From: Chrysomallon squamiferum
Lineage: Eukaryota > Animalia > Mollusca
Reading direction: 5' to 3'
Assembly (NCBI GenBank): GCA_012295275.1
Contig: CM022665.1
Coordinates: 6,014,001-6,078,000 of the forward strand
Length of the DNA: 64,000 bases
Position numbers and translations under genes: made by a program. The notes under the pieces are model-generated. The model searched no databases. It saw nothing but the letters and a program-made list of their open reading frames with translations, and had not been told where the DNA came from. Positions 28,967 through 48,496 of the stretch are shown here, one piece after another. Within the stretch, counting starts at the first letter, position 1; every line of letters begins with the position of its first letter.

Positions 28967-29018
28967 TTTATCGACGGTCATGTATAGAGTGATGAGAATC
29001 TGACATAACTGCACGGTG
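28967..29018 (+). repeat. 52-bp sequence identical to 62306-62357
   Basis: TTTATCGACGGTCATGTATAGAGTGATGAGAATCTGACATAACTGCACGGTG is present exactly at both loci. Confidence 0.9.
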
Positions 29019-29143
29019 ATCGCATGCGCTCCGAAGAACAATCAATATTTACCTAGTGTACACGACAAATAATGTTAGGTAATCGGACCCAAAATTTCAT
29101 CTTAGAAAATTGTCATGTTTCCTTTGTTATAGATCTTCTTACA

Positions 29144-29198
<55 letters not shown>

Positions 29199-29643
29199 TT
29201 GACAATAAATAAATAAATAAATAAATAAACCATCCTACAAAAGTTGATAAAGACTGAAAACGTTCTCCAATTTTTCAATAAAAAACATTAAAATTAAAAA
29301 AAAAAAATGCTGATTTTGTCAGATCATAATTTTCATAATTGTATACACAAAAGATTGAACATGCATAGATATGTAGACATCGCTTTATTATTATTATTAT
29401 TATTATTACCAGATTCATCTCATGTTCAGATCTGATGCAGTGACTTACCAAAAATGGCTCTTAAATCTCCATACCGGACGGATATATTTCAGGTTGTATT
29501 TCTCAAGGAAACTATCAAGTCACTGATGACTGTCCAGTTTCCACATGCGACCATTTGATATTGATATCTGAGAACTTTCAGCAAGTGCCACTTTATCAGA
29601 TGCTAAACAAAGAGCTTTTTCTACTCATTTCCTTCAGCTTGAC

Positions 29644-29689
<46 letters not shown>

Positions 29690-31198
29690 CTTTTTTGTTT
29701 TTGTTTTAATCATAGGAAAAACATTTATGAAAATGTGCAATTAAACACCACTGAAATGTAGGCTAATGTTTAAGTCAAACTCAAACTGATCATAACCAGC
29801 AACACAGCGATTACAAATTACCTCCCTTGGAATTACTAATATCGAAACTTTCCCGAATAAAAAAAAAAAAGAAACAACAACAAAAAACCAAAACAAAACA
29901 AGAGTATGTGTCTGTTTAACATCTGGAGATAAAAAAAATTAGTAATAATATATTTTCATTTTTTTATTTTTTTTATTTTTAAATTAATGCCCTTGTATCG
30001 TTTCGTTTCAATCTATTAATCTTAAGGTAAGTATCATAATATACATTCGTCCATCGTAGTGAGAGCGTAGATTGTTGAGGAAAGATAGCAGTTTTTACCT
30101 GATTCAGATTTTGTGTGCAGCTGCGCAGTACGGGCCAAGTACTAGTTACGTTAAATTGGTGTCTCAGTTAAAAAATTGTTTTGCATACGTGCAGATGTGT
30201 GACGAAAGTGGAACTTACTTATGGAGATTGTGAAGATTTCTGCGAATTTTTTTTTTTTTTTTTTTTTAAATTATTGTACCTTTTTTCTCTGTGTAATAGC
30301 ACATGCGTCTTTGTTTCGACGGGTTTGATCGCTTCCATCGCCATTTCAGAAATCAAATTCTGGACGGATGATTATTTCTGTATTTAGTTATTTTAAGCAT
30401 CGACCAGCCATTTTTTAATTCACTATTTGAACCTCACCCTGGGACCTGACCATTGACAGAAGGGCGGATTTATAATGGTCAAAGAGGCTCCCCTGACAGA
30501 GGGCCACCTCGACTTCTTACATATATTTAAAACAGGAATTTCAAAACAAGTTTTATTATTAAGAAGACTAAACCGTGAATAGGGGTAGGCATCATATAAC
30601 AGACACTAGACCTGGGTGCCTGTCCATCTCTTTGAATAACTTGATAAATTGATAACATTCTGCTGCTCGGCTGTTGAATATAATAATTAATGTCTTGTCG
30701 GTCAGTATATAATATATATGTGTGTGTGTGTGTGTGTGTATGTACTATGTATGTATGTATGTGTGTGTGTATGTGTGTGTGCATCTATACTTTTAATAGT
30801 TATTATTTAGTTTTGAACATTTATCATGTCTGAAATTAACTGACTGTTAACAGAAATGTCCTACTTAAAAGGTCATCACTAAGTATAATTATTACCATTT
30901 ATATATTTATACAGTTTAAATGGATATTGTCAACATCACAACCCGATTTCGGATTTCGGATAAAACAGAATTTATTTGTTAAATAGATAATAATAAACGA
31001 ATGTTTAAATAAAAATATTCTGACAGTTTTTCACCAATTACTTCGTAGAAGTGATAGTATCACAATTTATTTATAAATTATTTTTCAACTTTCTGAGATG
31101 GGAGAATGAGCAGTCCAGACGTAACGGTGTTGTCGTAGTAGAAGCATCCTTCGTATTAGTGACAAGCGTTGTCTGCGTTACTCCAAACAGTCCCAGTC

Positions 31199-34272
<3,074 letters not shown>

Positions 34273-36478
34273 CACTAAGATCGTCTGATTCGTTAGCAAA
34301 GCTTCTTCGTTTCGAATTTATTGAATTTCGCCTGAAACAAAACGCGTCACGAATTTTAAATAGATAAAGATTCTTACTACATATATAAAATGTTGTAAAC
34401 ACAAATTTTGAATCTGATCTGACTCATATAGGTATCATTTCTATCAATATATGCATTTTATTTTATTATTTTTTTTACTTCTGGATAAATTATAAACAAC
34501 AAACAAACAAACAAACAAACAAACAAAACGAAATAAATAAACAAATAAAAATGAGAAAATACGAAAACAGTTTGATTTAAAATAAATAAATAAATAAAAT
34601 TTGAAATGTCTGATAAATACAAAGGGAAAGATATGTATATAAAAAAAACAGTCACTAAATTACGAAATTCCATTAAAAAGCAGAAGAAGAAGAAGAAGAA
34701 AATGAAAAAACAAAAGCACATGCCAAAGTTATATACTGAAAAATGTCGAATCATAATTATTTTATAAGTGAGTGTTAATATGTGACTCAAGCTTCGGATT
34801 CTTTACCAGACAGACACATTTAAAATTTCATTCCCAGTATAAGTTATACAGATCTTATTTTACAGGTTTTTGATACTGATGGTAACAAATTTCTTTTGTT
34901 TTATAACACATCATATATGAATATATGAATACACAAAATTATTAATTATAATAAGAACAGTTTACCTCAGTTACGAAATATCAACAACTTTATAAACACT
35001 GAACGAAAATATTTAAAATTGTGTTTCCCGAGAATTAGAATGTCTTCGTCAAATGTATTTGAGCAGTTATTCACGCTGTTTTACTTTCAGTATACAACTA
35101 CTTCTGTTAAGTGCAAATTTATAATTTATCAGTACATTTTCAAGAATTTCCAAACGTCTCTCTGTTATTGATTCTGTCTAACACAGTTAGTTCCCAAGTT
35201 AGCAATAATTTATACACTTGAGAGAAATGAACCGATAACCATAACATTTTTATTATTTTTTTTTCAGTTAAATTTTAATTTTAAAATATTTCTATAATTT
35301 AATCCACCTGACTTTTTTTATTTTTTCACTTCCACTTGCAGTTTTGAAAAAATATGCTATTTTGAAAGTGCTAAGCCATGTCAAAACGTAAAAAACGATA
35401 ATTATAATAACAACATCGACGACAAATCGAATAAAACCAGCATGAATTAATAAGAAGTTCCCTCGTTAAGTCATAGCAGTCGGGAACACAGGTATAAACA
35501 AAAACTAGAAAATCAATTTAACCACGGAAAGCTATCTCTTAATTATTTAAAATAATTCACTTGAGTAGTGTTAGTACTTCCATATTTCAGAATAACACAT
35601 AAATAATTGCAGCAGAAACAGCTTTAAAATGTACAATGTTTGTGCATTCATGCGTGTGTGTGTGTGTGTGTTATTTAGAATACTTATTTCATGATAAACA
35701 TTTTTTTCTTTTATCCTGTGAAAAATAAGTATGCAATGCTTAGAAAATTTAATATGACGTTCTAATTGAAATGATGAAGTATAACCTCTAATTCAATAAA
35801 ATTAAGCCATTTGTTTTATCCGTTGAACTTATTATTTTTATTTCAAAAACAGTTTATTTTAGGAGTCGTGTTGAATATTCAATTTCTGTTGGGTATAAAT
35901 TAGTATATTGATGAGAAATTCACATAGATGACTGTTTTTATATTATATAAAATATGGTCAAATATGTGTATTCACATAAATGTTTTATATTGTATGTCTG
36001 CCAACAACAACAACAAAATATGAATAAACATATAACATTCCTTAATGCATGCAAAAATCTTCCATCCATAGAAACGTTCCCCCCCCATAGACACACATAT
36101 ATTCATACACAATAACAATAACACCAGCATACATGCTTTCGTACGTACATTCATACATACACAATAACAATAACGAAAACAAGAGTATACACACGTACGT
36201 ACATACATTCACCCCCCACACACACACAAGTGTTTTATTTAAAAAATATAAATCTCTATTCCGGTGGAAACGATATCCACTGAATGAATGTGTTTATGTC
36301 TACGGTTACCGTTTGAAGTCTATCGACATCGTTGCGATGAAGGACATGACTTCAAACATATCAGTTTCTGCCTCATTTCAAAGTCTTGTTACAGCCATGA
36401 GTTATCTGCAGATGTTATGTCACTGTCGCTCAACACATAAACGCGCGCGCAAGCACACACGCATACCAATTATTATTA

Positions 36479-36517
<39 letters not shown>

Positions 36518-38572
36518 TTAATTTTTAGTACGACAACAAAAACAACAATTGCCCACTGAGAAGACACCAGTTATAAAAAATTTGGTGGTATATCCACTGA
36601 TAACGATTTGAATATTTCTTACAGCACGATTTAAACTATTAGTGAATGGTTGTGTCCCTTCGATTTCTGTGGCCTTCGTGAGTTTAATTTTAGTCATACG
36701 ACGTACGATAACATTCTCCAGGACAAGGTACATAATTTGTAATTGTTCTCATTTTTGTTAAATACCACAAATTATACATTGTAAACGCTTTTTGGGGTTA
36801 AGGTTGTTTTAATTTTTTAATGTGGTCTGACAAAACTATTAAACCAAATGCAATAACCCGGTGCTTTTTGTACCATTGCGAGAACGCCCCTTTTTTTTCA
36901 TTTCACTTTTCAAGGAAGATAACTATGCGAGCTTAACATCAGGTGATTATTATTTCGTTAATGCTACATGTTGTTACAAAAATGCAGCATCGGTATGACA
37001 CATCATTTCATATAATTATTAAATATGTTTAGAATTAATGTGATGAAGTGCCTAATACAGATTAATTTTTATTAATTTTATTTTATATCATTTTATTTAT
37101 TTATTTATAGATTATCATTTAATGAGGATTTCATAATCAAGTGATTTACAGCATAGTAAGTCAATTATGATGTAAAGAATTTATCAGCTTAGAAATGATA
37201 ACCAGAAGCAGACAGAGGATAATGACACAGTGATAACTATGTGATGACAAAACACTTAAACAGTTATTCCTGCTCAGTGACAACTTTGCTAAAAGCCACG
37301 GTATCAGGGTTACTGTTTTATGTGAATGTGCATATAAAAAAAGCCTTTGTGCTAACAACAAAATAACACACACAGAGAGAGATGTCATTTAACCACAGCA
37401 TTGCTGTTTAAGGTGCACAGCTGCAGTAGCATATCTAAAATCTGAACATGTTACAAATATTTGCATCTGTAAGTGTATAAAAACGAAGTATCACTTGGCC
37501 AAAAAATACCACATAAAAATGATGTTTCCTTGAGACTATTAATATCTAGTAACTCAGTGCTTGTTCATCATGCTTTTCATTGGGTATATGACTGCAAGAT
37601 CATCTTTGTTGAAGATTTTAATGGAATGATAAAAAAACTCTATATTAAACTATATCATATGAAACATTATTATTTGTGTAGTTTCAGTGTATGTCTTAGT
37701 AAACATGTTTGGCATGATTAATAATACAAATTATTATTTTCCAACAAACAAATGAAGCAGGTTTACAAATTTAAACAGTCATGACATATAACAGATAAAA
37801 TCTCTGTTTGCCAGTGGAGATAACAGTCGACATATTTAATATATTTACAGAATTACAGACTGAATATTCAATCCACAAAACATGCAGTATTAGAAATGAA
37901 ATTATCAAATTATAAATCAATTACAGACACATTTTTAATATGTATTACAATAATGGTTATTTCCAATAAAGCTGATTTTGTTGCTAAGCAACAAAATTGT
38001 TATATCCAATGACAGAAACAAAATAGCTGTGCGGATGCACACATGAATAAAAAATAATTACAACCAGTAAAACAAAAATATTCTGTTTCAGCTGCATCAG
38101 ACATATGCTTATCAACCTTTTTATTTTGGGTGTATTTTAAAAAAAAAAATCCTTTTTATCTATATTGAATTCTGCTCTTTTTAAAACTATTAATTTATTA
38201 TGACTATTTTTTATAATTAAAAGTTTTGTTGTTGTAGATGATTTTTCAAATTATTATAGATATGGTGGATCAGAGGTTTAAGTAGATGTTTTTAACTAGT
38301 TTTCTGTTATAAAGAAATTAAAATACATATAGTCCACAGAGTTGAAGTAATTTTGATTTTAAAATGCTTATCATTTTAATGATGTATTTAATTAAATTAT
38401 TTTCTGCTGTTAAACAAGTTAATATGTGCATTAGTTGTATATGCACAGTAGTTATGACATGGCATACAGTAGCTACCCTTTGAAACTTAATGAAGACATA
38501 TTTTTAATATTATACTTTTTTTCTAAATCAGGAGTTGTATATGTGTTTATAAAAAGAAGCTAAGGCAGAAAT

Positions 38573-40307
38573 ATGAACCAGGACAGTCAGTCAAAACTGG
38601 TAAGTAGTCCCTGATAGCAGTAATATTACTAGCATCAGTTCATCTTTGTACTTGGACATTTTTCTTTTCAAAGACATTAATTATGTTTATCTTTAATTTT
38701 ATTCTCTAAGTGTCTTCTTGCAGGAATTGGTCTGTGCAACATCCACAGAAATGAGCCAGATAAAATGTTTCATACCTAAACTAAAGAGTGCTCCAAATTA
38801 GTTTAGATGAAAGTGAAAATGAATAAACAGTTAATATATATTCAAAAGATTGGCTTATGATATCACATCTTCATTTTTCAGAATTGACTGAAAAAAATAT
38901 GTCGATGAATGAAGCTAAAATATAAAGGATTACCTTCAAACAGTTAAGAACAGATGATAGAAAAAATAAAATGAAGTGAACAAAAGAAAGAACAGATGTT
39001 GACCAAGTACCAAAATTTCATGTATTGTTGTTTTAACCATGATCTGTTTCAGTTTCAGATGATCATGAATATGACTCATTTTACAGAGTAATTAATATAC
39101 AAACAATAAAACTGTACACAAACTGAAAATATATGTATAGAAACATATGTATCTGTCTTTGTCTCTTAATATAAGACTGATTATTGTTATTTAAAGGTTA
39201 GGTTAGGGTTAGGTAGTATTCAGTAAGTAATATAGAAATAATCACATACAAGTGGACAGGAGACAGTTTGAAGTGGGTTTTTTCTCATTTTCCAATTACA
39301 TGTATCAGAATGTGTTTGTAACAAACTATTTTTGTGAAATGATAGTTGCTGTGTGTGTCTGTAACATTTTAGTTAACTGTTACTGTTAGAATAATTATCA
39401 GTAATGACAAAAAACAATATTTTTCATCATTACAAAATCACTGTTAATATTAGCAGTTTTATTTTTCTCTCTTGTTTAATGTTACATTTTGTAAGTAATA
39501 TATTCTGGGCAGGATTAAATTGAGACTGTGATGATTTATTTAAGATATCTGGTACCATGAATTGTTACCCCTTGAGATTGAAACCAGGCCAAGAACTGCA
39601 GTCTGCCTTGCTGAAGTTTGTAAAAGAAAATAACCTGGAGTCAGCTTTTGTCCTCACCTGTGTGGGAAGTATTACTAAGGCAAAACTGAGAATGGCCAAT
39701 GCTAAAGAAGTTAGTTACTATCTCAAATTTATATTACTTGATAATAATGTGAAAAATAAATAATCTGAAAAGAAAAAAAATGATTGTTTTACACACATAC
39801 ATATAAATAAGCACCAACACTTACATATACCACTGCACCTATAAACAAATGTTAAGAAGCCTCCACATCCATGCACTCAAAAAGATAATAACCCATCCAG
39901 TTATTAATTCACACAACAGAACTGTGGAAAACATAATAATGAGCACATGCACATGCACACACACACGCACACACACACAGATTTCAGTACAATATTCCAA
40001 ACTGCTGGTTTTATTTTGCACAATAAACTTCTCTGGTTGTTATATTCAGATAAAACTCATCGAAGGTCCGTTTGAAATAGTGTCGCTGGTTGGGACACTG
40101 TCAGGTGGAGAGACGGGACATCTCCACATCTCACTGAGTGACAGGGACGGCCACGTCATCGGTGGTCACGTTGTGAGTGATCTTACGATATACACCACTG
40201 CGGAGGTGATGATAGGCACATGTCGCAACGTGAAGTTCACGCGAGAGTTTGACGAACAGACTGGTTACGATGAACTGGTCATTTCACAAACTGGTGCCCA
40301 ACAATAA
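38573..40307 (+). CDS. PPC/DUF296 domain protein (often annotated 'bifunctional protein GlmU-like'), ~149 aa
   Basis: Exons 38573-38599, 39545-39709 and 40050-40307 (phases 0,0). Motifs LRLKPGQEL, AFVLTCVGS..A.LRMA, GPFEIVSLVGTL, HLHISLSD.DG.VIGGH, TTAEV, TREFDEQTGYDEL are typical of stand-alone PPC proteins. First exon is less certain; an alternative ATG lies at 39557. Confidence 0.9.
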
Positions 40308-41651
40308 CATTAATTTTTAATGTCTGCCGTAGTTTTTATTATTTAATATCTGACATGAAATAAAGAAAATATCCTTTACAATATAATGATAATTATTATA
40401 TCTTGATTATTATTTATTTGTTTGATCATTTTTATTTATTTATTTATTTATTGTTATTATTATTTCAAAATATAAGTTATTAACATGATGAAATATCCAT
40501 CAAAATTTTGATTCTGTTTTAATTAATTCTAAAAATATGCAGGTTATTTAAGAACCCAATATATACAAATATATATATATATATATATAAATTAGCTTTT
40601 TGTATTTAAATTTATATAACCTAGATGATAATTGTTGTATCATTCACTGTTTGGAGAATTTTTAAAAAAATAAAAATTAAAAATTATTGAAAATTATTAG
40701 TGCCTTATGAAGTATTACTCTTTTTCAGTTAGCTGAAAAGTATATTATATTACAACTTTTGATAAAACTAGTCATGGGGCAATACATTTGTCTCAGATTT
40801 ATGATGTTCTAAAATAATTTCTGAATACATATATGATTTGTTTAAACTTTACATTTGAACTGGTGAATATCCACTGGTTTATTTCAGTGTTCATTATTTA
40901 GTTTTAATCCATTATTGAATAGCACTAAAAATTTAAAACTTAAAATTTAAAGTCATTCAGAATAAAGGGGATGTATCTGAAATTTAATTTCACCTTGAAC
41001 CAGTGAATCATTATTTTATTTTTTTTATTAATTTGTTTCTTAATGATTTCTATATGATCCAAAAGCTGTTGGTAGACAGATGTTGAGCTAACTGTGATAC
41101 AAACAATCTGGCCATGATTTTAACCATGTCATTACCAATCTGTCAGAAGATTTTTCTTGAATATTTCGTTTTTCAGGAATATCTCACAATACTCATTATT
41201 TCTAGTTAGGAACCAGTCATAAACAATTATATACTTCTGTATACAAAATATATATTTGATGGGGCAAAAAAAAAAAAAAAAAAAAAAAATGAAATTTGAA
41301 TACCTCCTATCTATAAAACCACATTTCAAAACTGGATTTTAATTTTGGTCTCTTGTAGTAACTACCACAGATAATAAATAAAAAATTTAACCAGTAATGG
41401 ACAGTATGGTATCAATGTCTTTGTTAATATAAATCGCTAGAAATTTTAGAATGTTAGAATTATTTATTTATTTATTTTTATTTAAATTTTATTTTATTTT
41501 TTCCTTTCAGATATGAGACGTTAAGATTCACCGCATATTTTTTATTTTATTTTATTTGTTTTAATTTGGCCACCCATTACTAAATATGTTGCTGCTTAAA
41601 ACGTACCCGTGGAGAAATAGTCAAAATGTATTCTCCATTCATCAAAGTCAT

Positions 41652-41686
<35 letters not shown>

Positions 41687-41789
41687 CCCTTCGTAATAAT
41701 GAAGTATAACAAGAAACAAGGACAATTTTAAAATGTCTGCGAGATGACATGTTTTTGTAGTCGCGCAAAGGGCTAATCTATTTGCTCTA

Positions 41790-41880
41790 AAGCAGGCGTC
41801 AACCATTTTGAACATGAGAGCTACTTCATAGGTACTGAATCATGCGAAGGACTATCTGTTTATTACACTCTTCCAAAGCT
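41790..41880 (+). mobile_element. Short hAT-like DNA transposon terminal fragment
   Basis: caggcgtcaaccattttgaacatgagagctacttcataggtactgaatcatgcgaaggacta resembles a hAT (Charlie-type) terminus CAG..G..CAACC..GAGCTACTTC..GGTACTGA..ATGCGAAGG recalled from memory. Confidence 0.4.
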
Positions 41881-43063
41881 TGTAGAAAAATGCAGCTATC
41901 AGTCCACCATGTACGCGATGACGTCACGGTTCGATTATAATGGGGTAAAATGGCGACGTACTTTAATGCCATGTTTTATTATGTGTGTTGATAGCGCGCG
42001 CGAAACAACAAAATAATAGCTTGGAAGCATAAAGAATATTATCGTTTATTCATATCGCTAAAGGTGCACTTTAAATTAATTTTCATGTCTGTACGTGCGT
42101 ATGTGTATGCCTGTATATGTATTGTTTTCACTGCTAATAAATATCTACTTAAAAAAAAACACTGAAATTATAACAAAAATTCAAAAATTTATAATGTTTA
42201 TTTCTGCGCAACCAGGACATTGTTTGTGCATACTGACTTACAACGAACAATGCTCATTACTAAAAAAAACGATGTACATAATCAAATATGAATAAGACCA
42301 AAATAACCTGCTGTTAATACTGTTAAATATAATGAAGTTTTATAATGTTACATACAGCACTGTAATACTGTAGCTGAAGAATATAAATGACTGAAATGAA
42401 TTTCTTTTAAAATGTCTTTTGTCTTTTTTATATTTGATTTAAATCACAGTTATCGTTAGTAACCTTGTATATGTTATTTCATTAACATTTTCAAGGAATT
42501 AAATACTGTTTTAAAACCATTTTTCAATCCTTCCGTTCTGTTACCTTTTGTCACAAACTGTCCATAGTAGATATTAAATTATAGACCGCTTTTAGAGAGC
42601 ACCTGCTCTTGAACCATCTACAATATAATATTTACAGCCACATTTCTGTGGAATGGTTGTGAATATTATACACAGTGATTTCTGAATTAAACTGAATAAA
42701 TAAGTACAAGATCGTTTCTTAATACTGACGGATTATTCTGTTAACATAAATATTAATAGTAGTTGTTTCCTCACACTAACCCGTAAAACCGAGTCTAGTT
42801 TTTAATACTAACAAATATGACAATAATACAACAATGCATGGAAGCTTTTTTCATTCATTTTATACACATATGTTTCGTATTTTAAAATTAAAATGTAGAC
42901 ATGGTGCCAGATATTTTGTAACCGTACTACATTTATACAGAGACTACATTTTATTTATTCATTTGTAATTTACTTCATTTGTATTTTCCCTATTTATGTC
43001 CGTTAAAGCGAAAGGTCACGCAAATACTAAATGATGTCCCGATTTACAAATACACTGACCATT

Positions 43064-45655
<2,592 letters not shown>

Positions 45656-45996
45656 TTTTCACAGGTTCTTCTTCACGATGCAAAATTTACCACACAGTCT
45701 TACCGGCTAAGCCACACTAACGTAAATGACGAAACCCTGTTACTTCAAAATAAAGACGTAATAAGATGAATAACGCAGAGAAAAAGCAAAAGTAAAATAC
45801 TTTGTTAAAGTCGAGATGGAGATTGTTTTGTATAATGATTATAATCTTCGGACTAGGTCAGGTGTTAGTGGAATATTAAAATTTCAGGTTGCAGATCTGC
45901 TGGACGAACCGGCAACATGTGCCAAAGTAAGTAATGAAGACACTGTTTCAACAGAAAGCGAATTTTAATGAAGAATGAGATGGTTTATACAAACTA

Positions 45997-46028
<32 letters not shown>

Positions 46029-46496
46029 ACTTTAATACAAGATTTACATCGAATCCCCACAGCGTTTTTTCAGTGTCCAAGAGAAACAGTTCTTGTTAAA
46101 TTTTTGCTTTGCGTCTCGACACAGTATTATCCACAGTTTTTGTCCATTCTTCGTCTGAGGTACTTCTTCCAAACAATCGCCTTAAATCTCATTTGAATTA
46201 AAATAGTCGTTAAATTCATGTCAAATTACGTGCCGATATATCACATGTCTTTAGAAACTATACTTTCCTTCTTGATCAGTTTAAGCAAATTTTTACTAAT
46301 TTTTTTCTTTACGTGGATTTTTTCCCCTTTAAATAACAACAACAATAATAAAAATAATAATGAAAAAAAAATCTAGATTTATTTCCCACTGAATCCTTCT
46401 ACAGATTTCATTCGCACCGAATTATCAGTAAATCCTGCTGTTTGAAACGAAGTCCTGAAAAAACCGAACGAAACTGAATTGTAGACCCACACGAGA

Positions 46497-48095
46497 CTAT
46501 GTAACAGAGAGAAGATTTTTGTTTTTATAAAGCCTCAGACGGTATTGTCCAGTTTGCCATGTGACAGAGACCACACCGCACAGCACGCACGTGTCAGAAG
46601 AACAATGCTAGGCAAAGAATCGTTCTGTCACGAAGGGAAACACTGAGACGGACTGCACAAAACACGTGACGAGACAAATTCGATTCGTGTCCCTGTTTGC
46701 CAAGAGCATTGCGGGACATTTCGAACAAACAAAACTGAACTGTGGCCATGACTTTGAAAAGCAAACCGCTAAGCGCCTCAACAACATTTTCAAGAAATGT
46801 TTTTATTTATTAATTTTTTTTTTTTTTTTTATTTAAAAAAAAAAAATTTTGGGTTCACATTTGTGGGGGTTTTTTTTGGTTTTTTTTCAGCAAAATATTT
46901 ACGATCGTCTTCGAAATCAAAATTTTTAAAAATCGGTTAAGGTTTTTGTGCACGCTATTGTCGCAGTAGTCGTAGTAGTAATGGTAGCAGTAGTAGTTGC
47001 TGTTGTTGTTTAGTAGTAGTAGTAGTAGTAGTACATGTTTATATGGAGGAAAGGGGTTATTTTCTGAAGTAGATATTTCTTTAAATATATTGATCCTTTC
47101 TGAATTTTAAGACCTATAAAAAATAAAATGAAATTTTTTATCTATCTGTCTATAATATCACAGTAATTATAATTTATTAATTCTTTCTTTCTTTATTTAT
47201 TTATTATTAATATTATTATTGGTCATTGTTGTTGTTACTGTTGCTGTTATAATTTTACGTGATCCGGTTTTATAGGTGAAAGGGGATATATACTGAAGTA
47301 GATAATATTTTTCTTCGTTATATATTTAACCTTTCTGAATCTTAATATCAAGACCAATAAAATAAAGTTATATAATGAACGAACGTACAATTTCCAAGTT
47401 ATTAACAATTTATTATATTTATATTTTCAATCAATCGTCGAGTTTATTCCATATTAAATTACCTAGATAAGATCGTTTTATCCGTTATTCAGTTTTACAT
47501 TATTATTATTATTATTTAGTTTATAAAATATCTTCACGTATTGGTCGGAGAAAAGTTCACTGTGTGGTTTCTGCTGATAGGAGAAGTGTGGTTTCGTAAA
47601 CAGAAGAGCACGTGGCTGGAAAAGATAATATTGAACCTAGGACAGCACCACGTGACAGAGGCAAACTGATAAGACAGGACAAACACATTTTGTATTTACC
47701 ACTCGCCTTATTTACTTCTGAAAAAGAACAAAACAACAAATATTTTTTAAACAAAGAAGTGATAAAATAATAATTATTATTATAATGCAATAAGAACTGT
47801 TTATGTAAGCAAACGTGATACTCGTATGAAGTTATAAACGAGTTGAAAGCAGTAATAAAAAAAAAAAAAAAAAAAAAAAAAAATTGTCAAAAATTGTCAG
47901 AAATAAATAAATAAATAATAAAAAAAAGTTACGTGACATATCCCATAGTTAATCAAAAACCAGCGTGTTTGGTATTTTAATATTTATTTCACGGTGATGA
48001 ACTATAAATAACAGATAATCCTATTGTTAAAGGTGATTAATTACTGATTCTTATAGTCACATACTAATCAGGGATAACAGTTGCTACATAACGTG
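46497..48095 (-). promoter_or_regulatory. Circadian-type promoter/enhancer of the CIPC-like gene (E-box and D-box cluster)
   Basis: CACGTG at 46588, 46663, 47609 and 47649; E'-box AACGTG at 47812 and 48090; D-box TTATGTAA at 47801; TATA-like TATAAAA on the minus strand ~46528-46522. Confidence 0.6.
47038..47370. repeat. Degenerate ~100-bp direct duplication (47038-47135 / 47268-47370)
   Basis: aaaggggttattttctgaagtagata..cctttctgaattttaagacc vs aaaggggatatatactgaagtagata..cctttctgaatcttaatatcaagacc. Confidence 0.65.
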
Positions 48096-48290
48096 TGACA
48101 GTGTTTGACGCTTGACGAATACAAATGAAATATTACACTGTAAAATATGTTAATATAATAATGAACCTAACATAACATCTCTGTTACAATACTTTCATTC
48201 TCGCAGATTTGCAATAATGTTTTAATAATCAAAAATATAATCTTGACTGTCTTGATAATTAAACTGATTAAAAGAAAGAATACGACAGAG

Positions 48291-48364
<74 letters not shown>

Positions 48365-48373
48365 ATATATATA

Positions 48374-48406
<33 letters not shown>

Positions 48407-48463
48407 TCCGAGTCAGAGAGAGAGAAAAAGTGAGAGACGTAGAGAGAAAGTGTCAGAGAAAAC

Positions 48464-48496
<33 letters not shown>

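Noticed and set aside
36240-36733. GC-richer blocks with 131-aa (+) and 71-aa (-) ORFs
   Set aside because: No recognisable domain or consistent splice pattern; the ORFs run into microsatellites. May be decayed sequence but unassignable.
39196-39213. aggttaggttagggttagg as interstitial telomere
   Set aside because: Only one perfect TTAGGG; too short to support.
45851-45860. GACTAGGTCA as a RORE in the CIPC-like first intron
   Set aside because: Half-site present but the 5' AT-rich extension does not fit the consensus; single occurrence.
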